A stretch of 64,000 nucleotides of DNA from Eukaryota sp. TZLM1-RC (lineage: Eukaryota > Protista > Metamonada: BaSk clade), in the NCBI GenBank assembly GCA_040285825.1, contig JAUPSS010000001.1:3100001-3164000 (forward strand), read 5' to 3'. The position numbers and the translations under genes were made by a program. Shown piece after piece: positions 44,704 through 57,036 of this stretch. The notes below the pieces were generated by a model. It was not told the DNA's origin and made no database searches. It saw only the letters and a list, made by a program, of their open reading frames with translations. The first letter of the stretch is position 1; each line of letters begins with the position of its first letter.

Positions 44704-46263
44704 ATGGGTATTTCTGGCCTTCTACCCTACCTCTCCTCGTGTAAAGAAACAAAGCATCTCTCTGAATTCCAAGGTAAAACTATCGCAATTGATGGTTTTG
44801 GACTTCTTCACAAAGCATCTTATACTTGCTCAAAAAACCTTGTTTTAGGCATACCAACGTGCGCATACCTTAATTATTGCCTTAAAATCATATACACGCT
44901 CCAATCATTTCAGATCCAGCCCTACATCGTCTTTGACGGGTTTTCACTACCCTCCAAAGAGCAAACGCATCTATCACGGCAACAGACACGTGAAATTAAT
45001 CACACAAAGGCTCTTCAGTACTACAACGGAGGTGATCATCAAACTGCCCAACGCTACTTTGCGGGGGCTGTTTCTATCACCTCCGCCATGGTAGCCCGTC
45101 TTGCTGTTATCTGCAAACGTCTCTCTATTCCTGTTCTATGTGCTCCCTACGAAGCAGACTCCCAAATCGCCTATCTTGCTTCACAGGGGGTTATTGATGG
45201 TGCGCTTGCAGAAGACAGTGATTTTTTAGTATGGGGAGTACCATTGCTCTTAACTAAGTTGAAGGTGGAGACAGCCATGGTGGAATGTTACACTACATCA
45301 GCCATCTTTTCATCCTCCACTTCTCCCCTCTATGGCCGAACCTCTACGTTTTTCAAGATTGTGACTATACTCTCTGGATGTGATTATTTGCAAAATCCTC
45401 CCGGAATTGGACTTAGGACTGCGGTGAAATTACTATCAAATCATGAATCTATTTCAAATGTTTTTGATCACTTACACAATCAGAGTAAAGTAACTAATGA
45501 ATATATAAAAGGCTTTATTCGTGCTTTTATCACCTTTAATCATCAAATTGTTTATGATTCTAAATTAGGTACAATTCCAATTAATAATTGGCAAAGTGGT
45601 TATTTAAAAGTATTTGAATTATTTAATTCAGGGGTGTCAAGAAATGTTCTTGAAGAATTACAGCTATCAGATCAGAAAATACCAGAATTTTGTGGAAGTC
45701 TCATGGAAAAGGAAGTTATTGACCGTGTTGCTGACGTCATGGTGGACGTGAGGACTAATGAGAGTTTGGGCATGGATTTTAATGATCAAGAATTGCAATT
45801 ATTATTGAAGGGACGACATCCTTTGGTTGTAAAATTAAAAAATTCAAATGTTCAATCAAATGGTTTTAAACTGCCCCGATCAAGGGTCAATCAATCAGCA
45901 ATCAAAACTAACACATCGGGAGCTTTTTGGGCCTTGGGATCTGTCAAGAACAAGAAATTTTTACCCCCTGATCGATCACCTCCACAAAGGGTGAAAAGCC
46001 AGGGTCAAAAATCAATGCACGCCAAAAATCAAGACGATGACGTCATATTTGTCGAGGAGACACAATCAAAAATTCCAATATGTCAAAAGAAAGGTTCACA
46101 ATTAAATTTTAAATTAAATTCTAATTCTCTCAATACAACTCCAAAATTTCAGCAAACCAGACTTAGTCCAAGCTCTGATCCTGGTGGGTTTACTTTGATC
46201 GCAGCAAAGAGAAAGCCATCTGTATCAAACATTGCTGCTGAAAGACTCTCGATTAAACGTTGA
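44704..46263 (+). CDS. EXO1: Exonuclease 1 (XPG/Rad2 family)
   Basis: MGISGLLPYL, AIDG..LLHK, VFDG..LPSK, APYEADSQIAYL, EDSDFL, ILSGCDYL..PGIGLRTA. Confidence 0.95.
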   Translation: MGISGLLPYLSSCKETKHLSEFQGKTIAIDGFGLLHKASYTCSKNLVLGIPTCAYLNYCLKIIYTLQSFQIQPYIVFDGFSLPSKEQTHLSRQQTREINHTKALQYYNGGDHQTAQRYFAGAVSITSAMVARLAVICKRLSIPVLCAPYEADSQIAYLASQGVIDGALAEDSDFLVWGVPLLLTKLKVETAMVECYTTSAIFSSSTSPLYGRTSTFFKIVTILSGCDYLQNPPGIGLRTAVKLLSNHESISNVFDHLHNQSKVTNEYIKGFIRAFITFNHQIVYDSKLGTIPINNWQSGYLKVFELFNSGVSRNVLEELQLSDQKIPEFCGSLMEKEVIDRVADVMVDVRTNESLGMDFNDQELQLLLKGRHPLVVKLKNSNVQSNGFKLPRSRVNQSAIKTNTSGAFWALGSVKNKKFLPPDRSPPQRVKSQGQKSMHAKNQDDDVIFVEETQSKIPICQKKGSQLNFKLNSNSLNTTPKFQQTRLSPSSDPGGFTLIAAKRKPSVSNIAAERLSIKR

Positions 46264-46699
46264 TTACACACAGTGATCTTTAGACTAGGGTTCAGCGATT
46301 TCAAATTTTGTTTTATTATATTTTATTTTTAAAATTATTGCGACTGTAAGTATTTTTTTCAACATTAATTGTGTCAATATTCTATTTCAGAATCAGAACA
46401 TTGTCATTTTTTTAATAAACCAAAGTTAATTCATGGTAACTATTTCTTGGCAACCACAGCTACACTTTTTGTTTTCATTTTCTGTTTTTTGATCAACTGT
46501 TTGTGAATATTCACTTTGAATCATCCATATTGACCCAACACAATTGTCACAAAATTCCATACTGATAAAAATACCATAATTTTCTTTTTGATTCATCTCA
46601 TATTGCACAATCTGAACTTTCATTGGCATGGACATCAGTAAAATCGCATATTGGCTTATTGTTTTGAAATTTTATATAACAAAACGATGTGAATAAAAA

Positions 46700-46771
46700 A
46701 GGAGTTGACGTGATTTGAACACGTGACCTGCTGATCTGCAATCAGCCGCTCTACCCCTAAGCTACAACTCC
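46700..46771 (-). tRNA. tRNA-Cys(GCA)
   Basis: GGAGTTG/CAACTCC acceptor stem, gctga-TTGCAGA-tcagc anticodon arm, TTCAAAT T-loop, U73, T-run terminator. Confidence 0.96.
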
Positions 46772-46974
46772 TGTTTTACAGGAAGCAACCAAATGTAGCT
46801 TGTAATCAGTTTTGGAATTAATAGCTGACATGAAGTTTGTCCTTGTTCAGATACCTAGAATACCATAATGCAAACAGCATTGCCCTTCTTGTGAAATTAT
46901 ATCCAATAGCCAGTTATGCACTCAACTTGTCAAATATTGTTTTATGTTGAATTATTGATTAAAAAACTTGTAAT

Positions 46975-47225
46975 TCATCATCTAAATAATCCCTTCCAAA
47001 ACAAAACACCTAGACACAACTCTCTCATAGTGAGATCCAAAAGTAGGCAGAGCATCAGAAACCATCTTCAACATCCCCTTAAAAACAGAATACACAGTTC
47101 TTTTTTCCCAAAACAAATACTTAAAACGTAAATTGTTGGGAGCATGTGAATCAAATTGAGAAAATACAAATTGATACTGATTGTATTTTGCATGCTGTTG
47201 GGTGGATAATTTGGACAAAGGTTCA
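46975..47225 (-). mobile_element. Degenerate family A-like RLE C-terminus
   Basis: QYQFVFSQF..FWEKRTVYSVFKGMLKMVSDAL. Confidence 0.65.
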
Positions 47226-47469
47226 CTATATATTTTTGATAAATATTCAGTATTTGAAAAAGTATAGGTGTAAAATAAAATAAATAAAAAAGAATAGGTG
47301 TAAGATTAGATTCATTATTGAAAATTTTTAAATTCGGTTTACAATATAGATGGTGAATTGGTTATCATTGCATTGACTCAACTCTGGAAGAGTCAAGTAC
47401 ATATAACATTTTTATAATCACATTTATGTTTCTTTTGTTTTTTTCATGTTTTTGTATTGAATTTTTTTT

Positions 47470-47835
47470 ACTTTATTTTTAATTTTTATTCAACAACAAC
47501 GAATATGAAAACATAAAATACACAATTAAACCTCCACATCCTCAAAACCTGCCTCCCCTACATCAAAACAATTAATTGCCAAAGATTCAGAAAATTTCCC
47601 AAAAGAAGACAGTGAATCAGAAATCAGTTTTACCATTCCCTTAAAAACAGAAAATACAATCCTGTTTTGCCAGTAAACACGATTGAAAATTCTTCCAGAT
47701 CTTTCCTTTACAACAACAACAAAATCTTCAAGGAAAGCCATAGCAGCTTTACCCAAAGATCCAAGCAAAGAAAATACAAAGGGACATAAATTATATTGTA
47801 CATGAGAATTTTCATTAATCGAGGAAATGTGTTTT
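47470..47835 (-). mobile_element. Family A 3' end
   Basis: Near-identical to 57330-57680, including the stop codon and A-rich tail. Confidence 0.88.
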
Positions 47836-47959
47836 GTATTGAATAGTTTAAGATTTTGTCTTGCGATTTCGCTTTATATACCCAGTTGCGTACAAAAACT
47901 TATAGTAAAATTCAATTTCATTATTGTGTGTTTAATTATCACTTAATTGGGAAAAAGCC

Positions 47960-48310
47960 AAAGAATTTTTCAGTCCAATTCAATTTGGAATCAAGACAAT
48001 TGATGGTGCTTGATCTGCTGCTCTTTCGTCTGATGTGTTTTTTAATTCTAGTGATTCTAATTACATCTTCAATTTAGATTCTAAGAATGCTGTTAATTCT
48101 GTATCTCGTTCTTCCATTTTGCCTTTGCTGCGAAAGCATTTTCCTGAAGTTGAGTCTTTTTTCTATTCATTTTATGGAAAATCATCAACATTGCTCTATG
48201 AAAACTTTGACCTGCTTTCTTCTTCAGGTGTTAAACAAGGCGATCCACTTGGTCCTTTTTTCTTTTGTCTGGCAATTCATCCATTAATGTGCGAATTAAA
48301 AGAAAAAAAT
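47960..48310 (+). mobile_element. CRE-like RT fragment
   Basis: LDSKNAVNSVSR..FY..SGVKQGDPLGPFFFCLAIH. Confidence 0.85.
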
Positions 48311-49285
48311 CCCTTATCGCAAAATAGAGATTTAATACAGCTGCATTGTTTCACAATTATCACATAGTCTTTCAAAACAATCAAAATTTGTTAATAATGA
48401 AAAACATTATTCATTTCAATTCGAAATTTTCAACTAAAAAACAATTGTTAGCCTTCAACACCAAACAAATTGTCTGAGCATTGTTCAACTTCCAAGTTTC
48501 GTGCTTCTGACGTTGTGGATTGGACGCCTTTTGTTTTGTGGAAATGTTTCCAAAGACAAAGAACGACATTCTGATCAGTATTTCACAAGAGTTTTGATTT
48601 CTCATTCAAATGTAGTTGTTTCATATGCCAGTGCACGTAGAAATTGCATGATGTATCAGTACTACCCCCTTTGTCCAAACGCTGTTTTTTGCAAGACTTT
48701 GAAGTAGTGGTCCAATTGAAGTCTATAAGACTGTGAATATCAGCAGATGTTGCGTGTTTATATTAAGCCCTGTAACTGATATATTTATTTAGTCATTGTA
48801 CTTGAATTCTGAGTTTTTATTTTTGATGTTGAGTGACGATTTGGGATATGAAGAGTTAGAATTTTAAGTGTGTTGTTTAGTTTTTCGGTAGAATAAAATA
48901 AAAATAATAATAAAAAATGAATGACGATTTTCCATAAAAGTACCATATAGTAGATCAATGTAGCCAAGAAACGATAGAACAAACGTGCAAAGTACTCTTT
49001 GAGAGCAGGATTTTACATCCAATATCAGAACTTGATTCCGTATTTACCAACTTAACTCCACCCACAATCTACTTTTAGCGATAAATAAAGAAACAGCAGC
49101 TTATAAAGTCTACAAAAAGAGCAAGAAACTCACAAAATAATTGAATTACCTCCTATTTAATACGTTAATTGTGACATTGGATTTTGGAACAAAGGATTGT
49201 GTATGTCAATATGTAATCAACTTTGGACATGAAAACTGCAAGTACATTGAAGAAGCCACTTGACCATACCAACTTTTATATTTGA

Positions 49286-49357
49286 GGAGTTGTAGCTTAG
49301 GGGTAGAGCGGCTGATTGCAGATCAGCAGGTCACGTGTTCAAATCACGTCAACTCCT
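49286..49357 (+). tRNA. tRNA-Cys(GCA)
   Basis: Identical to 46700-46771 in the opposite orientation; T-run terminator. Confidence 0.96.
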
Positions 49358-49419
49358 TTTTTGTTATTGCACTTCTGAAATAAACTACATGAGTGTCGCT
49401 GTATCAACCCAAGGTGTTG

Positions 49420-49880
49420 TTCTGTTTTGCCAAAAGGTTTGGTCAAATATTCTTCCAGTTCTAATTTTGACAATAGATGAGAAATCGTCCAAAAAAGAGC
49501 AGTTTTACCCAAGCTTGGAGATAAAGTAACAGCAAAAGGACAAATAATGTATTGAGTGTGTGAGTTGGAATTCAGATTATTGATTTTTTCTGTATACTTA
49601 ATAATTCTCGCTTCTTCAGCTCTTCGGAAAGGTGAGTTATAAGATTGTGCCAATTTTTCATTTGAGCTGTTTGATACATCAGTAGATCTGACATCAGAAA
49701 TGATCATTGATCCATCAAGTCCGGGAACTAGCACATCACCACGGCTGTCACCAAAAAAATTTCTGTCAGATTCATCAGCCAAATTCGAAAGCAAAGGTTC
49801 CAAAAAAGATTCAATCTGGTAGTTTTTTAACATACAATAAAGCTGATCACGAACTGCATCATGCACTTTTGATCTAAAAA
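49420..49880 (-). mobile_element. Family C RLE fragment
   Basis: Highly similar to 3715-4170 (RGDVLVPGLDG..DVRSTD..AEEARIIKY). Confidence 0.85.
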
Positions 49881-50085
49881 TAATAACGATTACAATTACA
49901 AAAATGGGCTGGAGTGACAGTCTTTCCACATTTACAAATTAAACCATGTGGAAGATTATCAGGCCAAATAAAAGATCGAAAACGCAAAGATAATAGAAAG
50001 TTGCACAAAGTTGATTCAATGATCGGCAAAAATCGATAGACAAAGAAAGAGCAATTCTTTTTTCAATTATTGTCAACCGTAATGG

Positions 50086-53000
50086 ATGCACACTACACCT
50101 CAATTGTCCATCGACCCTGCAGATGACTGTTTTTCTGTTACCACCAATCAAATCCTCTATCAATTATACTTCACATCACCCCGTTGCTCTGACATTGTTC
50201 ATCTTCTTCACTCCTTAACTGACAAAATTGCCCAATACCGTGAGGAGATTGTGCTTGCTTCTCAGTCCCAGGTTTTTGCAACCTTTTCTCAAACCCTCAC
50301 CTGTCCCGACTCCACATTCCCTCTACATACACCCATAGACACCCCTCAGGTCTCTCCACTTCGATCCACACACTTCTCGCTTGATTCAACCCACTCCTAC
50401 GATTTCCCATCTGACTCTTTCCTTTCATGTATCTCTGACTTTTCCATTCCCTCCACCTCGCCTCCTCCTTCCTCCTTCTCCGTTTCCAACCCCACGGCCC
50501 TCATCCTCACTGATCTTCTTCGTTTTCTGTACTCTCTTCTTACTTTTTCTGACCCCTCTGTCCGTACTGCTGCTCTTAGATGCTGCCGCTATCTTTTTTG
50601 CACACCGCACCTCACACGCAAAGCTTTTACATTAGGATACCACTTTTTCATCTCCAAATCATTAGAATCAACTTCCACAGAGTCAGTAGAAGCCCTAAGA
50701 TTGACACGTCATCTGATTGACAAGTTTCCTTTCTCACTCCCCCACTTTCTTCTTCGTTCTCTCCTCTCTGTGGCTGAGTCTTCATGCTCTCTCCACTCTG
50801 CAGCCATCGAAGGCCTTGTAATCTACACGGGCCAGTGTCCCAAAGTTTGTATCGCCTTAGACATTGATTCTTTTCTCTATTCAATCATAATGAGAAGCTG
50901 TTTTGATTGTTTCCTGGCTAGCGTTTTGGGAGCTTTTTGTTATAGTTCTGAATATGAAAAGAATGGCTTGTTGGTGGTACGAAAAGATTTAATTTGTGGA
51001 TGTGTTGGAATGTTGGAAAAATGCCCCAGTTGTCAGTATGAGCAAGTTTTTAAAATTTTAAGGTTTTTGAGCTCTTCTTGGGCTGGTTTGTTTACTTTAC
51101 ATAATTCAAGGCCATGTGTGTTTGGTTTGCTTATGCAAATTTTGGGTTCATTGTATACAAGAGAAGCTCTGATTGTTGAAATTTTGAAATTTTTCACTGA
51201 TCTTGTGAAAGGGCTCAATAAGGATCAATTCTATTTGTCACAAATATTTCAATCTTTTCTCGCTTTTTATCTTATTGATCTTAACATTGTACAAACTCTC
51301 TATCAACTATTAAACAGAGCTGGCATAAGCTTTGAAATTCAACATCTCTCTTCTCATCTTTTGTACTTGCTATCATTATTAGAACCCTGTTTTCTATTTG
51401 ATCTTGAAGTTGATAGTTATGCACTTATCTGTCCTCAGAATATACCATTTCAATCAGAGTTTTTAAGGAACTTACATGATGAGAAGTTTGATGTTGAGCC
51501 CTTGATGAGCTCTTCCCAAAATTTAGAACTTGTCAATGATCTCATCTCTAAGACAAATGTTTTGGTAACAAAAAATTCGTCCTTGTGGAAGTGGACCTCC
51601 ATCATGAGCACAGTACGCAAGCTACATGACTTACATGTTGAGCATTTCACTAATGATTCAAATACGAATAACATATACAAGTTTTTTAGTAGATTAGTTG
51701 AATTTTACACTCCTAGTTGTGGTGTTTTTTGTAAGTTGAGACCAACTAAAGTGTCAAGGAAGCTTTATTTTGAACCTGGGAAAATTTTGTTTCAATTTTT
51801 GGTACAAAATTTTGAAATATTCGGAGCTTTCATTGATCCTTTCATCTCCAATTTACTTGCGCAAATTGGAGACGAATCGAGTGAGTTTTCCTCCCTTTCA
51901 CAAAGTTGTTCCATGCTATCAGAAGTCATTGAACTTCTCTCTATTGTAATCTCTTCTCTTGAAGGGTTCGCTTTTGTAGTAGACCAAAGTTTCATTGAAA
52001 TTTTGAAACGTCGTGTGAAAAGCATTGATGAATTAAATTCCAAAATTCATGAAAAATTGCTTTGTCTGTTGGTTCAATCAATTGATTTTGAATATTTGAC
52101 AAACTCAAAATTCAGTGACTTGTTGATCTCTTTTGTGAGGGTCACATGTCTCGAATGTTCTTCAATTCAGTTACAGACAGTTTTGGTTCGACATTTACAC
52201 AAATTTTTGCCGAAATTTTTGTTAAACAAGGTCGTTTCTAGTTGCAAATTTCTGTTTGCACTGACCGAAATTTTGATTTCTCTCCTCGTCTCCCTTCCTA
52301 TTTCGTCAAATTTTCACAGTTTTGAGGTTGGTATTTGTGTTTCTGTCATTGTCGACTTTTTTGTGATGTTTGACACGTGTCACCAAATTTTGAACCACAT
52401 CGCAAACCTCCTCTACAGTTTAGCATTTGATTTTCTTTTTTCTTGTTTTGAAAATCATCCCACACTGGTTTCACTATTCGAGCCATTATTTATTTTGATT
52501 TCATCGTTTGAATCTGGTTTTTTACTATTAAAATCTTTAAATTGTTTAGATTCTTTTCTGGAAGAATGGGTTGTTGAAAATTGTAATAATTATGCACAGG
52601 ATTTAGAATTTGGGCTTATTTTTTCTTTTAATCGTTGTTTGGTGGAGGACAATACTGGAGTCGTCACATCATCGATGACGTCATCATTGGGTCAAAATGA
52701 GAAGAATTTGATTGAATTCAAACCACATTTGTATGGGCAATTGGTCAATCATCCATTAGGCGTTGAATATTTGAAATCAAAAAGAATTGTTGCCGAAATA
52801 TTGGAAGATTTTACAACCACTGACACGTGTAAACGACTCTTGCGCGGAAATATTTGGGCTTTAGCTCACATTGGATCAACTGAGCTTGGTTTTGAGCTCC
52901 TAGTGAGCTCTATTGACCAAATATTCAAAATTTTACTTGATATTGATACAAAACATTCATCCTTAATCGGTACTTTGTTATTGGCAAGCTTCCTTTTTTG

Positions 53001-53427
53001 TAAACACGGGAAGGGACGAATTTTTTTGACCACACATAATTTCAAAATTATTAATGAAAAATTTGCATTACCAAATAATTATGCCGAATTTTTTGCTGTT
53101 TCTGGAACAACAAATATTTCAGAACCATTCTCTCTTATCAGAAAACAAAATTTTGAAGGTGAAGAGTCCAAATTTTTGGAAGTATTAACGAATTTTTTGT
53201 TTAAGTCAAAACGATCTGATGTGGAGCTCAATGCTTATTTGAAACAAAAACTGAATTTTTCATGTGACAGTTACAAAAGGGATCACAATATTCTTATTCA
53301 AATATTTGATTTTTTAAATTTTCATCATCTTTCTAATTCAAAACGCCGGGAGTTGTGGAATTTTATTGACTTTTCCCAATTAGATGAAGCATTTTACATA
53401 AAATTGTCGAGTGATTATTCATCATAA
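50086..53427 (+). CDS. RICTOR: Rictor/Avo3 homologue (TORC2 subunit)
   Basis: VRTAALRCCRYL, E.VEALRL.R, WKW, FFSRLVEFY.P, PHLYGQL..H..G..L, WALAHIGST.LG, L.GT. Confidence 0.85.
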   Translation: MHTTPQLSIDPADDCFSVTTNQILYQLYFTSPRCSDIVHLLHSLTDKIAQYREEIVLASQSQVFATFSQTLTCPDSTFPLHTPIDTPQVSPLRSTHFSLDSTHSYDFPSDSFLSCISDFSIPSTSPPPSSFSVSNPTALILTDLLRFLYSLLTFSDPSVRTAALRCCRYLFCTPHLTRKAFTLGYHFFISKSLESTSTESVEALRLTRHLIDKFPFSLPHFLLRSLLSVAESSCSLHSAAIEGLVIYTGQCPKVCIALDIDSFLYSIIMRSCFDCFLASVLGAFCYSSEYEKNGLLVVRKDLICGCVGMLEKCPSCQYEQVFKILRFLSSSWAGLFTLHNSRPCVFGLLMQILGSLYTREALIVEILKFFTDLVKGLNKDQFYLSQIFQSFLAFYLIDLNIVQTLYQLLNRAGISFEIQHLSSHLLYLLSLLEPCFLFDLEVDSYALICPQNIPFQSEFLRNLHDEKFDVEPLMSSSQNLELVNDLISKTNVLVTKNSSLWKWTSIMSTVRKLHDLHVEHFTNDSNTNNIYKFFSRLVEFYTPSCGVFCKLRPTKVSRKLYFEPGKILFQFLVQNFEIFGAFIDPFISNLLAQIGDESSEFSSLSQSCSMLSEVIELLSIVISSLEGFAFVVDQSFIEILKRRVKSIDELNSKIHEKLLCLLVQSIDFEYLTNSKFSDLLISFVRVTCLECSSIQLQTVLVRHLHKFLPKFLLNKVVSSCKFLFALTEILISLLVSLPISSNFHSFEVGICVSVIVDFFVMFDTCHQILNHIANLLYSLAFDFLFSCFENHPTLVSLFEPLFILISSFESGFLLLKSLNCLDSFLEEWVVENCNNYAQDLEFGLIFSFNRCLVEDNTGVVTSSMTSSLGQNEKNLIEFKPHLYGQLVNHPLGVEYLKSKRIVAEILEDFTTTDTCKRLLRGNIWALAHIGSTELGFELLVSSIDQIFKILLDIDTKHSSLIGTLLLASFLFCKHGKGRIFLTTHNFKIINEKFALPNNYAEFFAVSGTTNISEPFSLIRKQNFEGEESKFLEVLTNFLFKSKRSDVELNAYLKQKLNFSCDSYKRDHNILIQIFDFLNFHHLSNSKRRELWNFIDFSQLDEAFYIKLSSDYSS

Positions 53428-53719
53428 CCTTTTCAGTCGTTAGTTTTTTGGCGGATTTTTGTAAATAAATTGTACAAATTTTTTTCTATTTTAGTCTGAA
53501 AATATACATATAACAACATGTAATATTTCGATTGAAAAAAATTTGTATTGTCACCAAGAAAGTTGTGAACTTATTATTTATTTTATATTTTTCCTTCTCT
53601 TGAATTAAACTACCACTATGTTTCATTTATAAGATTACAGATTGATAAGAGAACTGTTGATGGTATCGGGTTAGTATATTTTGTTTGAATTGTTGCAGCC
53701 CAAAACATGTTATTTAACC

Positions 53720-54163
53720 GACATTTGGTATAATATTGTTGCTCGGTATGATGGAACCGAACTAATAATCGATTGTACCACCATATCTCCATGGAAAAGG
53801 AGTTTTAATTCTGACATTCAACATTTACTGAAAGTTGCAGAACATTCCAAGAAATCAAAATACGAAGTTCTTCTTCAACGGCTCAGTCAAAAAAGAGGTA
53901 GAAAAATCAGATTTGTTTCAATTGCTATATCAATTTTTGGTACCATTGGAAGTGAAGGTCTTCATTTTTTAGATGATTTAGGGAAACTTCTCAACGAAAG
54001 TGGTCGCACATTTGATTTTCTGATTTGGAAGAACAGAATCGTATTTTCGTTTTTTAAGGCTCTTCCTCGTCCTATTAACTCCATTTTGAATAACATTACA
54101 GAGTCTTATAACAATCGAGTTGCTATACAAGTGAATAGTGAAAATCTCCCGTCATTTAGTTGA
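53720..54163 (+). mobile_element. RLE domain fragment of a further non-LTR family
   Basis: LIIDCT..AEHSKKSKY..AISIFGTIG.EG..FL..WKNRIVFS. Confidence 0.8.
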
Positions 54164-54394
54164 TGGAAATTGGGAGTAGAAAAAGTATTAGTTAAGGTTT
54201 GTATTTGAGTTGTTAAATGTAACTGTTCCAGGAAAGAAATTCGTTTTTGACACAAATTTTGCCTGTTCTGGATCCAATTTTGGAACAATTCTGCTTGTAC
54301 CTATGATTTTTTTTAATTTTTTTATTAAAAACCTATAAATCAACATCTAAATAATACATCTCTCCCAAAACAAAAACACTAGATGGATCTCTCT

Positions 54395-54820
54395 CATAGT
54401 GAATTTGAATTGAGGAATTGTTGTTACTAAGGCAGAAGAAGTACTATCACACATATCTTGTAAAAGATTCGCAAATGTGGGATTCTTTTTCTTGGCCAAG
54501 CCAAGTCTAACATCAAAATCCAAGCTTTCAAAAGTCTTTGACAATTTTTGTTGAAGCTTTTTACAGAAAAACTGCAAATTAAAAAGAGATCGGTTTGGAA
54601 GTTCTTGAATTGATTGGGGAATACAATTAGTCCAAATTTGTGGTGGCAATCTATCAAGTTCACAAGAAAACTCATTCAAATATGGACTGCAACTGGGAAC
54701 TAACAGATGGGAATCATCAGGAAATCTACGAGAAAATTCTTAAATAAAATTTTTGCCACCACCCAAGAATGCTGATTGACACAAAATTGAAGATTTAGTA
54801 AATCCAATACCACCACAGTT
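54395..54820 (-). mobile_element. Internal CRE-like fragment
   Basis: Similar to 58150-58560 (GIGFTKSSILC..AFLGG, DVRLGLAK.KNP.F). Confidence 0.8.
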
Positions 54821-54905
54821 TAGTAATGAACCTATGATTGTTAAAACTAAGTATGCGTTCAATTTTGCTTTATGTTGTAGAATTGCTTTATGTTGTCAAA
54901 AAACT

Positions 54906-54987
54906 CGCGAGAAGTGAGATTCGAACTCACGCGGGGAGACCCCACTTGTTTTCTAGACAAGCGCCTTAACCGCTCGGCCATCCTCGC
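54906..54987 (-). tRNA. tRNA-Ser(AGA)
   Basis: GCGAGGA/TTCTCGC acceptor stem, TGGCCGAGCGGTTAAGGC D-arm, cttgt-CTAGAAA-acaag anticodon arm, long variable arm, TTCGAAT, G73. Confidence 0.95.
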
Positions 54988-56254
54988 TGTTGATTGAATA
55001 CCTTACGTATGTAACTTAGCACATTTAAGCTTTGCTACTGGAGACTTTTAAACAACCTAAAAAAGCGACAAAGTGATGTAAAGAAGGAAAGTGACTTTAC
55101 AAGTCACATTAATCTGACTTCAGCAATCAATATATTTGATGCATATGAACTGATGAATTATGGCCAAAAGAGAGCTCATGGTAAAAAGTTTTTCATGTAG
55201 CCTGATTGCAGCGTAAACAGCTCATTGTTTTGATCAAAAAGTCAGCAGATGACAGTTATTACAGAATCCCACTTTTATTTGAAATTTTTTAAAAAATTAT
55301 TTACTCAAAGTTGCTTTCTTTCAACGGTGATTTCTGCCTTAATAAACCATTGTTATTTTTTTCCACAAGAATCTGTTTCGTAAAGCCATTCAACAGTAAA
55401 TCAACTTTCAACTTGGTAATGCGATGATGTTTGCGTCTACAAAGGCTAATCTACTTTCTGGATTGCATTTTGGCTTTAATCAGAAATAATCAACTATGGA
55501 AGAGATTGATCATCTTCTGCAACAAATTGGTTCTCAAAAACAGTGTTACGAAGAAACTGATTCAGTTTAGCAAGGAGAGTAAATCATTTGTTTGCCTGAA
55601 GGTTCTTACAAGTGAATGAATGGCTTTTGTAGCAAATTTTACTGATAAGTTATGGATCGTGGATGTTGTTTTCCAACTCGTATCCAACAATGACTTTCAG
55701 TTGAAAAGGTTGACCTTAATATTGACTTCAATATTGAATGAAAGAAGGGGGTTGTCTAACAAGATGAAATTATACCTTAAAAGAGTAAAATCGTCGTAAC
55801 AACAAGAAGCTTATGTCGTGCTTCGCTATAAGTTGAACAACAGTGGTTTGGTCATTCCTGGTTTTTTCTTTGCCCTGTGGTTTTAGAGCAATCGGATATT
55901 TCACCAATTGTTCAGGATCTTGTTCACCACCAAAGTTCCCAAACTAATCAATAGCTTCCTATTCTTTTCATTGCATTTTAGTTTAGATAAAACAACTGTT
56001 TGTTGTAGTGATCAGCATCGATGACGAGCTGAACAAATAGGATGAACAGGACCTTTATTATGAACCGTCACACGAAGCACAACTTTCATCATTCCATAGA
56101 TCTTGTGCTTCTATAAGTGTTTCAAAGCTCATTAAATGTTTCTTCTCTGGCCAACCTTTCTAAAAATCTTATAATCTTACTTGGCAATACACGAACAGCA
56201 AACAAAGGGCTTTTTGCCCGAAATTTTTGGCAATTTTTTACAACTCACGCATCA

Positions 56255-57033
56255 ATGTCCACAAATATAGAACGACTTCGACATGTACTTGAATCTCATC
56301 CTCCGGCACGTTATGGTATCACCTTTGATGAACCCAGCACTTGGATTCTTTCGTTCAAATTTCCTGCCCTATTCGGAAGCCATATCATCAGAGCAAAACT
56401 GTCCTTGCCCGATGATTTTCATAGGGCTGTTCCAGAAGTCAGGGTAATTCGCCAATTTTAACAACAAGTCAATTGATAATCGCAACCTGCTATTTCAGAT
56501 CATGTACCCAAGGCGGTGGAATTGCTTGATGAGTTTGACTGTACTTCTGAACAGAATTGCATGGTCCTTTAGCAGTGGTGTTCTCCCCGAGTTCTTCAAT
56601 GTATACGTATGCATCAGGAAGTTCATCTCTACTGAAAGTTGGGAGAAGTGGCAATGTAGCATCAGTCCCAAATACCCCAATAGAATGGACATCAAGTGTT
56701 TTCCCTCTTTAAGTTCTCCCTATGCTGGTGCCATTATTGAGGCAGAACTAGAGGTTCCAACCAGTTTTCCTCGCTACAGACCGTATTTTGTTTTTAAAAC
56801 CGTTGATTATTTTATTGCTATGTTTTATTATTATGTTTTATTATTTTTAAAATACGTTTATTGTAAGAAATGGAGAATTCTCCAATGCTCAAATGTTTGA
56901 TCGATCGCCAGGTAATCTTTGGGACATTGTTGTTGTATTCCTTTGTGTATATGAATACCTTGAAGAACCATGGTGTCCATGGGAGTGGGATTATGCTAAT
57001 CCTAGTTTCAAGGCCACTAGCAAAGAAGACTGA
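56255..57033 (+). CDS. Tandem UBC/RWD-fold-like protein (intron from 56444; 3' part uncertain)
   Basis: IRAKLSLPDDFHRAVPEVR, then SPYAGAIIEAELEVPTSFPRYRPYFVFKT. GTAATT donor with in-frame acceptors at 56468 or 56498. A UBC-like tail (NGEFS..WDIVVVFLCVYEYLEEP) lies in another frame. Confidence 0.5.
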
Positions 57034-57036
57034 CAT

